From: Octopus vulgaris
Lineage: Eukaryota
DNA length: 64,000 nt
Assembly: GCA_951406725.2 (NCBI GenBank)
Contig: OX597835.1
Span: forward strand, 372,001-436,000
Reading direction: 5' to 3'
Position 1 is the stretch's first letter, and each line of letters begins with the position of its first letter. The position numbers and the translations under genes were made by a program. Shown here in pieces: positions 25,701-40,877 of the stretch. The notes beneath the pieces were generated by a model. It saw only the letters and a list, made by a program, of their open reading frames with translations, searched no databases and was not told the DNA's origin.

Positions 25701-28700
25701 GCCGATACAGCTTGGCACCTGTGATGTCGCAGCTAATTTCTACAGCTGAGTGAACTGGAGCAATGTGAAATAAAGTGTCTTGCTCAAGAACACAACATGC
25801 AGCCCGGTCCAGGATTCGAACTCACAACCTCACGATCGTAAGCTCGACACTCTAACCACTGAGCATTACCCATTTTTCCATCTTCATTGTTTACATTAGG
25901 CGTATTTGGATATGAAAAGTTTCTTACTTCTTATTTCTTTATTGCCCACAAGGGGCTAAACATAGAAGGGACAAAGGGATTAAGTCGATTACATCAACCC
26001 CAGAGCGTAACTGGTACTTAATTTATCGACCCCAAAAGGATGAGAGGCAAAGTTGACCTCAGCGGAATTTGAGCTCAGAACCTAACGGCAGACAAAATAC
26101 TGCTAAGCATTTCGCACGGCGTGCTAACATTTCTGCCAGCTCGCTGCCTTCTGGGATATGAAAAGTTGTAATAAATCAGTGCTGGATATAGGAAACAGTT
26201 TTGACTTATAAAGCATTTAATATATACTTTGTAGCATATTATGGTTGCAAATAATTTGTACTCCTAGCTTTGATTAATCCTTAAGCTATAAATTGGTTCC
26301 CTTCAAGATTTCATGTGAACTTATTGTTCCAATACCAAGTTAATAATGATGAAGTTATTTCAATAAATTCAATTAATTTCAAAAATATAAAAAGCAGAAT
26401 ATTACTATTTTGTGGTGGTGGTTGTAATGATGATGACACCAGTGATGATGATCTGTAGCAGCAGCAGCAGCAGCAGCAGCAGTGACTATCAATTATACAA
26501 TGAATTCAAATATGTCAAAATATCAGGATTTATTTTTTACCTACCTCAAAAGGTTTGTCTTTTAGTATTATTTCCTTTGCATTTCGACAGAAACTTGGCC
26601 CTGATGGTTTCCATGGTTCTGGGACATAGTTGACATTCACAGTATTCAAAGACCTGCCAGCTATAGATCGGCTTCTTGCTGCAGGGCAATACTGGTTAAG
26701 AAAATCCTTGTACATTAGGTTTTCAAATGAGTTAAGTGGTAGAATTCTCCAAAATTTTGTAAACTGAAATCAAAGGAAGAAAGAAATAAAGATTGTAATC
26801 TGATGCTACGGATGAGAACATATTTACCATGGATTAGTTAGAGATGAGTGTGTGTGTGTGTGGTTTAATGGTTAGCATGTTGAACTCAAGGTTGTAAGGT
26901 TGTGGTTTTGGTTCTCAGACTAAATTATGCATTGTGTTCTTGAGCAAAACATCTCATTTCTCCTCACTCCACTCTGCCTAGCTGAAAATGTGTAAAGCAA
27001 CCACAAAGGGAGCATTCTCCCCTCTTGAACAAGACATTAGTTCCTCACAGGGGGTTGACCCTATGAGTGACTGATGTTTTGCCCAGAGGAGAGTATTGTA
27101 CTCTCAGTCACTTGGAAACCAGAATAAGGTCTTGTAGGATTCCAAGTGACATACATACATACCTGATTATCCAATTTTTTACAGATATTAGAATGAAATT
27201 TGGTGTGCTCGAATGCATTTTTGACAATAAAATGTGGAAAAGTTGTGCCCTCTTCTGAAAACCTAAAAATGAGCAGCTTGGTAATATAACCCTTATAGGT
27301 ATATATACACTTATAGATATCTTGGACAAGGTGAGAATGTCAGATATGATGAACCCATAAATAGAGGACCAGGAATGAATACCTCAGAAGATTAAAGAGA
27401 CAGTGTATGAAGATTGTAAACGATGTGAACAGAGAACTCAATGACAGCAAAAAGTCCCACCTGGAAACAGCACTGCTGGAGATTAAGAAACATCTGAACT
27501 GTTCCCATGAAAAAAAAAAGCAGACAAAGAAGCCTGGGTTATAAAATATATAATGCCAAACCCTAAACCTTCTTTAAGTATGCCAGAGAAACTGCCTTCA
27601 TGTGTTGCAAAGTAGAGCCACTCCTCAAAAAAAAAGATGGTTTCTTCATGGGAAACCCAATGAGAGTAAGTGAAACACTCAATTAACAATTCAAAAGTGT
27701 CTTCACCCTAACCTTAAGGCACATGCATGTTAGCAAACCTGTAAAATTCTTTACCACTACAGATGTAGAAAGGGAGGCAGTAACAACTGATAAGCTCGAC
27801 ATCAAAGAAGAGGATGTAACACTAGCAATAGATGACATTGATGCAAACTCAGTAGCTGGCCCTGAAGGTTTCTCAGCAATCCTTCTTCTCAAGTCATGGA
27901 AACAAACCCTGGCAAAACCACTGCAGCTTCATTTTCAGAGCCTTCTTGTAAATGGTAAGCTTTCAAGCAAACTGAAGGAGGAAGTAATATGCCTATTCAT
28001 GAAGGAGGAAGCAGAGCCGATGCTAAAAACTCTAGGCCTATCTCCCTGACCTCACACATCAGAAAAGTCATGGAACAAATAGCCCAGAGGAAACTAATTG
28101 TGTTCCTTGAAGAGAATGACTTGGTGACTGACACCTAGTATGGCTATCAACCAGGTAGAAGCTGCCTGACACAACTCTTTACAGCATAATGACTGGATGT
28201 TAAAGCGGCTACTCAACAACTCAAATGGGAACTTGATACATCTAGACTTTGCAAAAGCCTTTGATAAAGTCGACCATGGTATAATATGGCACATGCTGTG
28301 TAATCTCAGCATAGTTGGAAAACTTGGAGAATGGCTGCATGACTTTCCAAAAGTCCCAATGAGGCCACCTCCAAGGAAACACAAATAATGATTGGTGTCC
28401 CACAGGGCACTGTCTTGGGGCCACAGCTATTCATAGTAGCCCTCTCAGACATGCCCTCAGCTGCTCAGATAGCCATCCTTGCTATTTATGCAGATGATAC
28501 AGAATCCTGGAGATGTTGTTTATCTGCAACAGGAATTGGCTGCAATATACAGGTGGGCTAAGAAAAATGAAACGCAGTTTCATGTTGGAAAATCCCAAGC
28601 CCTGCACTACCAACACCAAAGCTAAATGAAAAGCAGACAGAATACACTGGTCCAAGAGGGATTGCAATCCCTGAATCAAAATCAAAGCACAACCTGGACA

Positions 28701-29404
28701 TCAATATGAGTAATGATACATCTTCCCAGGTGCATAATATTAAGTTGGCAATAAAATGAAGATGGTTGGCTGGATATAGCCCTCTAACTCATTGGATCCT
28801 TTTGAGCCATCCTACTCATGATAGTATGGAAGATGGACATGAAAAGATCACACACACACATGCATGTATGACATGGTTTTGAGTACAGTGTCACTGTGCA
28901 CCACTTTGGACAAATGTCTTCTATAGTCAAAGGCTCATCAAAGCCTTTAAGTGAATTTGGGAGATAGAAACTGAAACAATCCCATTTCGTATATATATAA
29001 TATAAATTGGACATTGGCAATCATTGTATTCTTTCTGGTCTTGAGGTTCACAGGCAAACGGCTGGGTGGATTCGCATGAAAAATGGCACACATGTGGAGA
29101 CGGGTGCATAGATTGGAATGCAGTTTGTATTTTTTTCCTAACCCCTCATACTTACCGAGAAAATCAATTAAAACTTTTTCTAATGGAATTCCCCTCTTTC
29201 TTCCGCTATTAAAGCAACTAGTTGCTTAGAAGCTGTTTTCTGACGGGGTGGGGCCAGGAAACTTTCATACAGCTGGAGGATCCAATCGAAACAGGGGACC
29301 CAAAATTATAAGGTTGAGAAATGCTGTTATAGATTATGCCTAACCGAAAACGATTATAGCCACATCATCCAAACAGACCGGGTGAAACTGGCCTTAGCTG
29401 CTAG

Positions 29405-29436
<32 letters not shown>

Positions 29437-32246
29437 CATACCCCAGGAAAACATCTTTTCCAACAGACACACACACATATATCATCATCTCCATGCTGGC
29501 ATGAGTTGGATGGATTGACAGGAGCTGATCAGCTGAAAAGCTGCTTGGCCTCTGTGTCTGTTTTGGTAGGTTTTTTAAATCTGGATGCCTTTCTTAATGC
29601 CAACCGCTTTAACAGAAAGTATTGGATGCTTTTAGACACAGCACCAGCACAGCTGTTCTTTACGTGGCATCAGCTCCCATGAGCCAACAAGATTAAGACT
29701 GCTCAGCTGAAAAATATGAAATGCTCCACAAATTTGTGTGTCAAGGTTTCTTACCATCAGATATAAGATCCTGCCAAGATCAGCTTTAGCCTTCATCCTT
29801 CTGGGGTTGATAAAATTAATTACTACACAGAGACTGAAGCAATCATAATCAATGCTACTTTACCCCAAAACTTGAGGCCTTAAAAAAATCGATAGTGCAA
29901 AGTATCAGTCCTTTAATGTTTCTGTCACTCACCCATCCTGGCCATTCTGCAGACTTTGCTATAAAAACATTTGTATTTTTTATTTTCGACTACATTTCAT
30001 ATCGTTTTTGAGAAATATCTTTTTGATACTAAAAATATTGTCAAAGCATGCCAGTTGAAAACTTTGGAAGTTTTGAAGCTGAAATAAGACTTTTAGAGTG
30101 AGTACATTTATGTGTTTGCTCAACTTGCTAGAAACAGAAGCTAAATTTTCTTTAAACATCACCATACCATCTAATATAAGGCTAGATGCTTTAAGTGATG
30201 TGAGTCCTACATATTCCAAAAAGATTGGAATGCTTTGATTAATTATATGTCTGTTGGACAGTGCTGGTCTGGGGCTAAAGAACAACAGAATTTGACCAAG
30301 AAGAAACAGATTTTAATGAAAATGTAGTGAACCATAGACGAGATCGTGAGAGAAATTGCCTCGGTTGTAAAATGAAATTAGCAAACTCCTTTTTAAAACA
30401 GTGATTTAAAGCAAAATATGTTAAAAGAATATCTGGAAATTCATCTAACTTCACAATTGGGTCCTCTATCCATCGACTTTCTAAAAACAAACTTTTTAAC
30501 GATATTTTCCATAGGTTAGGTTTAGGATAATGAAGATGACGATTATTTGGAAAAATGGAGGGAAAAAAATGTTCATGATCATTCCCAGAATCTCGGACAT
30601 ATTTTCGCAGGCGTCAGCGATGGGTGGTACACACAACGAAAAAGGAAAACGAAAAAGAAATCGGTACCACTTAAGAACAGTGGTCCCGGTGCGCACACTC
30701 GCGTACTCGCGAATCTGCGCTAGCTAGTCGTGACTAGTCGATCCTACAACGACTACATAGCAAAGTAAATAAAACACAAAATAAATAATTCTTTTAACAC
30801 AAAGTAAATAATTTTTTTAAAATAAAGTAAATAAAACACAAAAATACAAAGTAAGGATCGACTAGTCACGACTAGCTAGCGCGGACGCGCGAGTGCGCGC
30901 ACCGGGACCACTCTTCTTAAGTAGTACCAAAGAAATCATCGTTCGAAAAAGTTTTGGGGGCTAAAAAGACGCTCCTCATCATTTCCAAAGGCACTGTGAA
31001 AAAAAAAAAAAAAAAAGAACTCCGAAAAGTCCCCATCAAATCGGAGAAATTTCAACTTGTGTGTCCGACTTATCGCTGACGTCCGCCCCATATTTTATTA
31101 TTTTTTTCTTTTTTACATTTTCCAGACATACGTTTTCGATTTTGATTATTCTGACAAAATCTGGGGGAAAAAATTTTTCTTTTCTCTAGAAACAGTCTGT
31201 GCAGGAGTGTACCCTATCGATTTTCTTTCCTTACAACTCTATTTAACATACAAACCCGAACTTTTACGGATACATTTTCGAGGGCGTATGTTACAATTTT
31301 CTCGAGGAATTACAATTTTCTCTGGGGGATTTGTTTTTTTTTAATCGTAATCTACACCCCTTCGAAACTTTCATAAAAAATATATGCTTTTAGTAAAATC
31401 TGGTGCGTGCGTAGGGAATGATTTTTTTTGTTTTCCCTTTTGTCCCAACATAACTGTAATTAATATCATTTAAAATATATCTCAAGAAAATTTCACGAAA
31501 AAGATGTCTTTTTTCACAACTTTTCCCTACATAATCGTAATCCGTACTATCTAAAAATTTCATTAAGAAATATTCAGGTACGGAAACTTACTCCACTGCT
31601 ATGACAACAGTGTAAACCGCTTGACAGATTCTGATTGGTCAATTGGTCGTCGTCGTCGTCACTGGTATAAAACAATGAACAGATGTGGCGAGAAAACGTC
31701 ATAAATGAGCTAAAGGCGGCAAGCTGGCAGAAAGGTTGCTAGAAAGGTTGGCAGGCCGCCGGGCGAAATGCTCGACGGTATTTCGTCTGCCGTTACGTTC
31801 TGAGTTCAAATTCCGCCGAGGTCGACTTTGCCTTTCATCCTTTCGGGGTCGATAAATTAAGTACCAGTAACGCACTGGGGTCGATGTAATCGACTTAATA
31901 CCTATGTCTGTCCTTGTTTGTCCCCTCTGTGTTTAGCCCCTTGTGGGTAATAAAAAAAAAAAGGTATTTCGTCTGCCGTTACGTTCTGAGTTCAAATTCC
32001 GCCGAGGTCGACTTTGCCTTTCATCCTTTCGGGGTCAATTAAAGGTTCTGTCAAACCATGTGGTGTGCAACTGATTGATGCTCTTGGAACTGAAGTTGAA
32101 TTGGATGATTTTCTTTCTTCTTTGCTCATGATCGTCTTTTCTTCGGTTTTGCATTTGGATTTTAATGTGAAATATTCATGTAATTGTCTCAATTTTTGTT
32201 TCATTTCATGCCTTATCAAAACTACAATGTGACGGTTTCTCTCTCC

Positions 32247-32291
<45 letters not shown>

Positions 32292-35200
32292 GTCTGTCTG
32301 TCTATCTGTCTGTATGTATGTATGTATGTATGTATGCATGCATGCATGCATGCATGCATGTGTGTATGTATAAAATCACAGAAAGGTTCCACAATGAAAA
32401 ATATATTAAGAACTGCTGCTCAGTATTATTTTTGACAAGAGAACAATAGCAGCTAAGTTCCTAGATTTTGAGGATCATGAACGTGAATCTGTCTGGGAAA
32501 TTTTCAGAGAATTGAAATTGTGAGAATATGGAATTAATAGAAATGAAGATTTCTTGAAAAAGTCTGTCGATATCAGGAGAAAGTTATTCCCTGAAATGAA
32601 ACAACATAAAAATAAACTTCATGTCCAAGTTTCTTAAAAGACCATGATTAAAGAACCAAGGAACACAGGGCAGATTTCTGCTTTAAGCACTCCATAAAAC
32701 CCCTAATAGCCTTTTTATTGTTTGTAATTTTCAGAAAAGTTTTGTGAATTTGTATTCCATACACAGGAATTCATATGACTATGAAAAAAAATGTTTTTCT
32801 TAATTTCACTATGGAAAAAGTTAAGAGTAATTTAGCTGTTGTTTTCAGCACATCTCACAACCATCTGATACCTTCCATGTTTCTTTGTTTAATATTTTCT
32901 CTCCATAAACACATTTAATTTAGTAATGGAAATTTAGTAAGAAAAAAATGTCGTGTATTGTTAAGAAAGAAATTCATAAATAAGGGATCGAGCATTCTTT
33001 CTTTTTCTTTTTTAACAAAAATGTTTCTCCCATCATTTTCAAGTGTGTCGTGCCTACAAAATCGACCAAAATTGGTTTTTGATTAAAAAACAAAATTATT
33101 GTATGTAGTGCCCACAAAATTGTCCGAAATTGGCCTGGAGGGCAGGGTAAAAGATTTTTTCAAAAATTTTTTAATGAAAATGTTTCTCCCATTGTTTTTA
33201 AGTGTGTAGCTGCCACAAACTGGGAGTGAGGTAGGGTAAAAAAACTATCATTTCTTGAAAAAAATTTATTTTTTCTACAAAGATGCTCCCCATCATTTCC
33301 AAGCGAACCATGGAAAAAAAAAATCTGAAAAATCCCTATCAAAACAGAGAAATTCCAACATGTGTGTGCTACCTATTGCCAACTTCTGGCTAGCACTGAT
33401 AATATATCTGATCATCATCATCATCATCATGGACGGTTTGAACGGGGTCTGGGAAGCCAGGAGGCTGCACCAGGCTCCAATCTGATCTGGTAGTGGTTCT
33501 ACAGCTGGATGCCCTTCCTAATGCCAACCACTCCATGAGTGTAGCGAGTGCTTTTTACATGCCAGGCGAGGCTGGCATGGCCACGATACATTTCTGAGTT
33601 ATTAAGTATTTGAGAAATAGCAATAATTTACTTGTACATGATGAAATAATAGGGGTACCCAAAAGTAACCAGGAATGTTCTCTGTGGGACAAGCCACTTG
33701 ATGTGACCCTCAGTCATCAATCTACCAGCATTGTTGAGTGAAGTCATACTGCCATGTGATGCATTCTTGTTTAGCAGTGCTTCTCCCCCGTTTCTCAATT
33801 TTTGTGATGGCTGAAAAGAAGGAACGGTGTATTTCCCTGAAATTCTGTTTTCTGCTGGGGAAAATGGCATCTGAAACAGTTGTCATGCTTCAAATAACTT
33901 ACAAGAATGCTGCCATGAGTAAAACACAAGTTTATGAGTGGTTTCCACACTTTAGGAATGTTTCCACACCTTGTTGCTTGAAGATCAGCTGTCCAAATGA
34001 ATGGAAACGTTACGAAAATTCATGGCCTTAACTTGGAGGACCATTGCTGAACAATTGACAAACTTGTTGAGATGACTGGTGTATTCTGGAGATCCTGCCA
34101 ATGAATTTTGAGCAAGAAATTGCGAATGAAAAAAGTTGCAGTAAAATTTGTGCCTTGCTTGCTCACAGATCAAAAGCAGTCCCGACGGAATGTGTGCTGT
34201 GAACTGAAAGACTAGCTGGAAGTTGATTCAAACCTTTTTTCCCAAGGTCATTACTGGTGATGAAAGCTGGTACTATGGCTTGAAATGAAGCAGCACTCAA
34301 GTTAATGAATTCATCAAGTGAAGTCCGATATCAAGATGATGCTGATTTGTTTCATCAATGTGAAAGGAATTGTCCACACAGAATTTGTTCCTCCTGATCA
34401 AAAAACTAACCAGACATTTTACTTGGCATTTTATGAGACAAGATCAAACGAAAACACCCCAACCTGTGGCAAAGTGGAGAGTGGTGGTTTCATCACAACA
34501 ATGTGCCTGCATACACCCTGCCTTGAGTGTGAGACAGTTTTTGCCAAAAATGGCATAATCTCACTTACCAACCCTCCATCTTTGCCTGATCTTCCACCCT
34601 GCAACTTTTTTCTGTTCCTCCAAATGAAAAAAGCCCTTAAAGGAAATGTTTTGCAGATGTGCAAAAATCTTCAGTGTATTAGAAGAGTAAAACAAATTAA
34701 ATGTTAAAAAAATATGGTCAATCATAGGAGGAGGAGGAGGAGAGGAAGAAGAAGACCACCACCACCACCACCATCACTTACCGTTTTGTTATCCCAGTTT
34801 AGCCCAAATGACTTTAAAATGTGCGTAAAGTCTTCCTTATTAACACAGTTCAATAATCCATAATCACTCTTTTGGAATGCATTAAGTAGGTCTTTCTTAT
34901 GGGCTTTAACCAATTTACGCACAATGTCGTGCATTTCTTTGTAAGTGAAACCAGCGTTTTCAGGGCTGGAAATATTTGGACGTTTTCTCTGCCAGAAGAG
35001 AAAGAAGAAAGCAATTGAATATTTCAACAGATATAAGAGCACACAAGATGATACAACACTACGATTATATTCTACCAGACACAGGCAATCTTTAATTCTC
35101 TGTAACTATACTTCTTCCTTCTATGATTGGGCTTTACCAAAATGACCATACATAATTATAATTCAACACATAGGCACAGGCATGGCTGTGTGGTAAGAAG

Positions 35201-38200
35201 CTTGCTTCCCAACCACATGGTTGTGGGTTCAGTCCCACTGCATGACACTTTGGGCAAGTGTCTTCTACTGTAGCCTTGGGCTGACCAAAGCCTAGTGAGA
35301 GGATTTAATAGATGGAAACTAAAAGAAGCCTGTCATTTGAACTCAGAACGTAATGGCAGACAAAATACCGCTAAGCATTTCACCCGGTGTGCTAACGGTT
35401 CTGCCAGCTCACCGCCTTTCTCTCATTTTCTCTCTCACTCTTTTCATGTATGCTTTTCATTCTCTCTATTTCTCTGAATTCCCCTCTTCAAGAGAGAAAG
35501 AGACAAATAAATTCAAGAGACAACACAGGAGCAAGACAGAGCTTTTGACACAATGCAAACATTTTCAAACTTACTGATGCCAACTTTTACAACTTACTAC
35601 TGTTCTACTTTTTGATAATGCTACCTCTGCAGTGGTTCACCTGTTCTGAGGAAAATAAGGAATATTCAAGTCATGCATCTAATATTCTAGTCATAATGGT
35701 CAAACCAATATTTTTTTTTTTTTTTTTTTTTTTTTGTAAGGAGTTTTAAAAACTTTGAGCAGTTTTCAAATTTGACTCTAGTTGAGAGGTTCTCAGCCAC
35801 CGACCGAAAGAACTGACAGTTTTTGATCCATCAACAATGATCTGCAGTGATCATAGCCAAAAGTAGCTTCTTTTACTGGATTAACCCAATATCTCCTTAA
35901 ATAGGCTTATGATTAAAGATCTTCCAGAATCGTCTGCAGAACTACATTATCAAATTTACTTTCATTTTTAACACGGTAAGGTGAGATCTGGTGAAGATAA
36001 GGCTACTACTTCTAGCTCGACAAGCAACCAAACAGAAGCTCTCTTGTAGACTCAAATGTAAATGGTTATTATGACAAGGCGAGCTGGCAGAAGCATTAGC
36101 ACGCCAGGTGAAATGCTTAGCGGTATTTCGTCTGCCGCTACATTCTGAGTTCAAATTCTGCCGAGGTCAACTTTGCCTTTCATCCTTTCGGGGGTCGATT
36201 AATTAAGTACAAGTTACGCACTGGGGTCGATATAATCAACTTAATCTGTTTGTCTGTCCTCTCTGTGTTTAGCCCCTTGTGGGTAGTAAAGAAATAAGGT
36301 TATCTTGACAAGGTAGTACAAACCACTATAAGCAGTTGGAACACTGTACAATTAACAAACATTTTCTTAGCTTGCAGCAGTGAAGATGATTCAGGTTGTC
36401 TAATGTTGAAGAAAACAACCAGAAACTAAGTACCAGTTAGCTCTAACACTGAAATGAAGATCTTTCCCACTTTCTCTGCTTCTCATCATGTTTCATGTGA
36501 TGGGTAATATATAAAAGATGATCAAAGTGGTGAGCTGGCAGAATCATGGCAGACCAGGAAAAACGCTTAGCAGCATTTTGTTTGTTTTTACATTTTGAGT
36601 TCAAATTCCACCAAGGTCAACTTTATCTTTCATCTTTTGGGGGTCAATAAAATAAGTTCCAATTGGACTCTGGGTTGATTGACTTACCCACTCCCCCATT
36701 ATTGCTGGCCTTGTACCAAAATTTGAAACCTATATATAAAAGATGATCTATTATCAAACTCTTCACAACCATACTTTGACTTTTGTGGACAGAGCAGCCA
36801 TATACTTACATTACTATGCATCACACTGTTGATGAAGGATCTAATGTCCACACAGCCTTGTTGGTCACAGAAGTTTGTGTTCATGATTTGTTCTTCCTGC
36901 TCCTCACTCAGATGCACATTATATTTCTCAAATAACTTCAGCAGATCCAGCAAATGGATCGTAACATTTCCTTTATTTTCTAAATCCCGCAATTCCTGGA
37001 AAACAAAATAATGGACAAATAAATGAAAGAATGGAAAACAAGCAGATGACTGAAAAACTAATAACAGTTATAGTATGTCACAACTCTTTGAAGTCGGCAG
37101 AGCATGAGACTAAATGTCTTGTGGTAGTATTCATTCTGGTTTTCCATCTGACTTTGAATCCTGCTAGGGTTGACTTTGACATTCATTATTCTGGGACCCA
37201 CAAAATAAAGAACCATTCAAGTACTGGAATATATACATATACATATTTAACCAAATCCTCCATCCAAGTCAAAGACAGGAGCAGAAGCAATAATGTCATG
37301 AAAATGTATGTGGGCATGTGTGTGTATATAAATACATCTATGTGTGTGTGTGTGTGTGTATAGTCTGTGATATATAAGATGATTTCACAGGACAACTACT
37401 GCATCTTACAGCATTTAAAAGAATGCACCTGAGTTAAGTTGGATATAGAAATTAATATTAGATTCACTTCAACATTTAAATTTAATTTGTCAAAATATTT
37501 TTGTTGCTTTGAGACCACGACCTGTTCACTGATAAAACTCCATGCTGCACGGATTTTATCAGTGAACAGGTCGCGGTCTCAAAGCGCCGAAAATATTTTG
37601 ACAAATTTAAATGTTGAAGTGAATCTAACGGTTTTTGTGTATTTCTTAAATGGCTTATAAACACCTTCCACGCTGGAATTAATATTCCTTACAAGACTGC
37701 TTCCATCACTAATAACTAATTTACACACAGCCTGTGTGACATCACTGACTGTTTAATCAGTGTTAAACTGTATCAGTTTGACAAGATTTGGGTGTGGCAC
37801 CTTGTGATTGGGTTTCTGTTGCTGACAAGGTGGAAAATTATGCCAAAATCATGTGATACAACAGTTTCATCTGCCAATAGCGACCAAATTCCATCTGCTG
37901 ATATAATCTGTGCTATTTAGCACTAAACATCTGTACAAGATAATTGCTCAGGATGACTGTTGCAGCCCACTGTGTTTAAAATGAATATTAATTTGTACAT
38001 TCAAGTTAAGTTGGATGCACAGATCAATATTCGTTACAAAGACTGCTTCTGTTGCTAATATATGTCGGCCATGACAGAGGAATTTAGAACTGGTTGCCCA
38101 TGGCAGCTTCTCTATGCTGATGACCAAGTTCTTAAAGTTGAATCTGTTTTAGAATTATAGACGAAATTTCAGGTGTAGAAGCAAGGCCTGGAATCAAAAG

Positions 38201-39107
38201 GGCCTTAGTGTTAGTTTAGCAAAAGACCAAAGTACTCGTAAGCAGCAATCCCTTTATGGAAATGACCCTTAATAGGCAGAGAAGGTGTAGGTAGAAATTT
38301 CATGCGATGTACCCACTGCAAACTATGGATACATAAAAGCTGCAGTGGAATCATTGGAAGGTTAGAGAAAGTAGTCTCAGATTCGCCGAAGTTGTGGATT
38401 GCCTTCAGGACTCCAGCTACACGGAGCTGGTCTTGTTGCGTCTGGCTCGGTCGGCAGCAGGGGGCGAAGAGAGGGAAAAGCAGTCAAGCTAATCCCTGCG
38501 CATCAGTGGATGAAAATCCCAAAATGGCATCTGGAACCTGGCGTCACTATACACTTCCTTTTCAAATGCATTGTTGTTATTGCTGTTGTTGGTAGAGGTT
38601 TTAATGCTTTCTTTGCCAAAATTTTCCATTTTCTCTTTATTTTCAAAATGGTTGTTGTCTGATTTTCAAGCAGGGACACAATGCATCCTTCTCCTCACAT
38701 CCTATTTCACAGCAATCTGGTCACACTTCTTCCCACTTTCTCCCCATCTCTCTCATAAACAAGCCTCACTGTGATGTCTGATGTTTTTTTTGCCATGGAG
38801 GCAGAAGACAAAAATCTTCATTACAAGAAACAATATTAAACTCAGATATTCCACCAAAGTGGAGAACAACACACAGAAATGCCAAACAACTTGCCTTCCA
38901 TTTTGGCATAAAATTTCAAAACTCTGAATGCAAGTTTTGCATGATTTATGCTTGATTTCTTTACAAACATTACAGAGGTGAGATCAAGTATGACTTGCCC
39001 AGCAGACGGCCATCATCATCAAGAAGGGGGCTGGAGGAGGAGGAGGAGGAGGAGACGCCGACGGCAACAACAACAAACAACATTAACAACTGTGACAGCT
39101 TAATGCC

Positions 39108-39203
<96 letters not shown>

Positions 39204-39254
39204 AATTTCGATGCTTCATGGCAGAATCACGACCTGACCTACAAAAGCAGAACA

Positions 39255-39330
<76 letters not shown>

Positions 39331-40829
39331 TAACAATAACAATAACAATAACAATAATCCTTTCTACTAAAGGCACAAGGCCTGAAATTTGAGGGGAGGG
39401 GAATTGTCAATTACATCGACCCCAGTGTTTCACTGGTACTTAATTTATTAACTGACCCTGAAAGGATGAAAAGCAAAGCCAACCATGGCAAAATTTGAAC
39501 ACATGATGTAAAGATAGGTGAAATACTGCCAAGCATTTCGCCTGGCATGCTAGTAATTCTACCAGCTCACAACCTTAATAATAAAAATGATAATAATAAA
39601 AATAATAATACGGTGAGCTGGCAGAATTGTTAGGACGCTGGGCGAAATACTTAGTAATATTTCGTCTGCCATTACATTTGCTGCATCCAGTGTAAACTAT
39701 GGACACATAAGAGGTGCAATGGAATCACAGGTAGATTAACAGATAAAGCTGTCTTTGTATGTGGCAGATGTGCAGGAATAATAAGCACTAAGAGCACACG
39801 GGACTTAGATTCTCTGAAATGCCCAGGAGGCTCTCTTGAGGTTGTAGATAGTTTCTGTTACCTAGGTGACCAAATTAGCAATGGTGGAGGATGCTCTGAA
39901 AATATTGTTTCTAGAATAAGAATTGGGTGGAGGAAGTTCAGAGAGCCACTACCTCTGTTGGTAACAAAAGGACTCTCTCTCTCAGAGTGAAAGGTAGACT
40001 GTATGGATCTTGTGTGCAAACAGCTATACTCCATGGTAGTGATACATGCGCTCTGAATGCAGAAGACATGTGTAGACTGGAGAGAATGTAGGTAGTATGC
40101 TCCATTGGATGTGCAACATCAGTGCATATGTATGGCATAGAGCAAATGTATTGAGAGAAAAGTTGAGCATAAGAGGAATCAAATGTAGCCTGCAAGAGAG
40201 AAGACTACATTGCTTTGGACATGTGATGCATTTGAATGAGGACAGCTGCATAAAGAAGTGCTGATCACTGAAAGTGGATGGTACCCACGGAAGAGGAAGA
40301 ACCAGGAAGACACAGGATGAAGTGGGAAGGACCGATCTCAGGATGCTGGGCCCCATGGAGAAAATGACAATGTACTGAGATGTCTGGTGATATGAAGTTT
40401 TTGAGAAGATCTGCCCATGTCAGCAAAACTGAGTTCTAGAAGCAATGTGTGTCCTGCCTGCACATAACAAGAAAACTTCTCACACACCCTACCACCACAA
40501 CAAACCAAACTACATCTCTACATCTCTTCCTCACATCCCCACTTCATGCACTACGCTTACTTCCCACTCTCCAATCCCCGTGGCCTTGTATCACTGCTAT
40601 CTGCCAGCCCCCAACCTGTGTGTTCCACTCACATGTAATAAGAAAACTTTTCACACACCCTACCACCCCAAAAAAACAATCTACATCTCTTCTCTTCCTC
40701 ACACTTCCTCCTTCATGCACTATGCGTAACTCTCACTCCCCAATCCTGTCCTCATGCCCCTCTTTCTCTGTATCATTGATATCTGGTAGCTCCCACCACC
40801 ACCCTACCCATGTTTTATATATATATATA

Positions 40830-40877
<48 letters not shown>

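Noticed and set aside
31962-32037. Duplicated SINE interior
   Set aside because: Ordinary partial tandem SINE copy after an A-tail.
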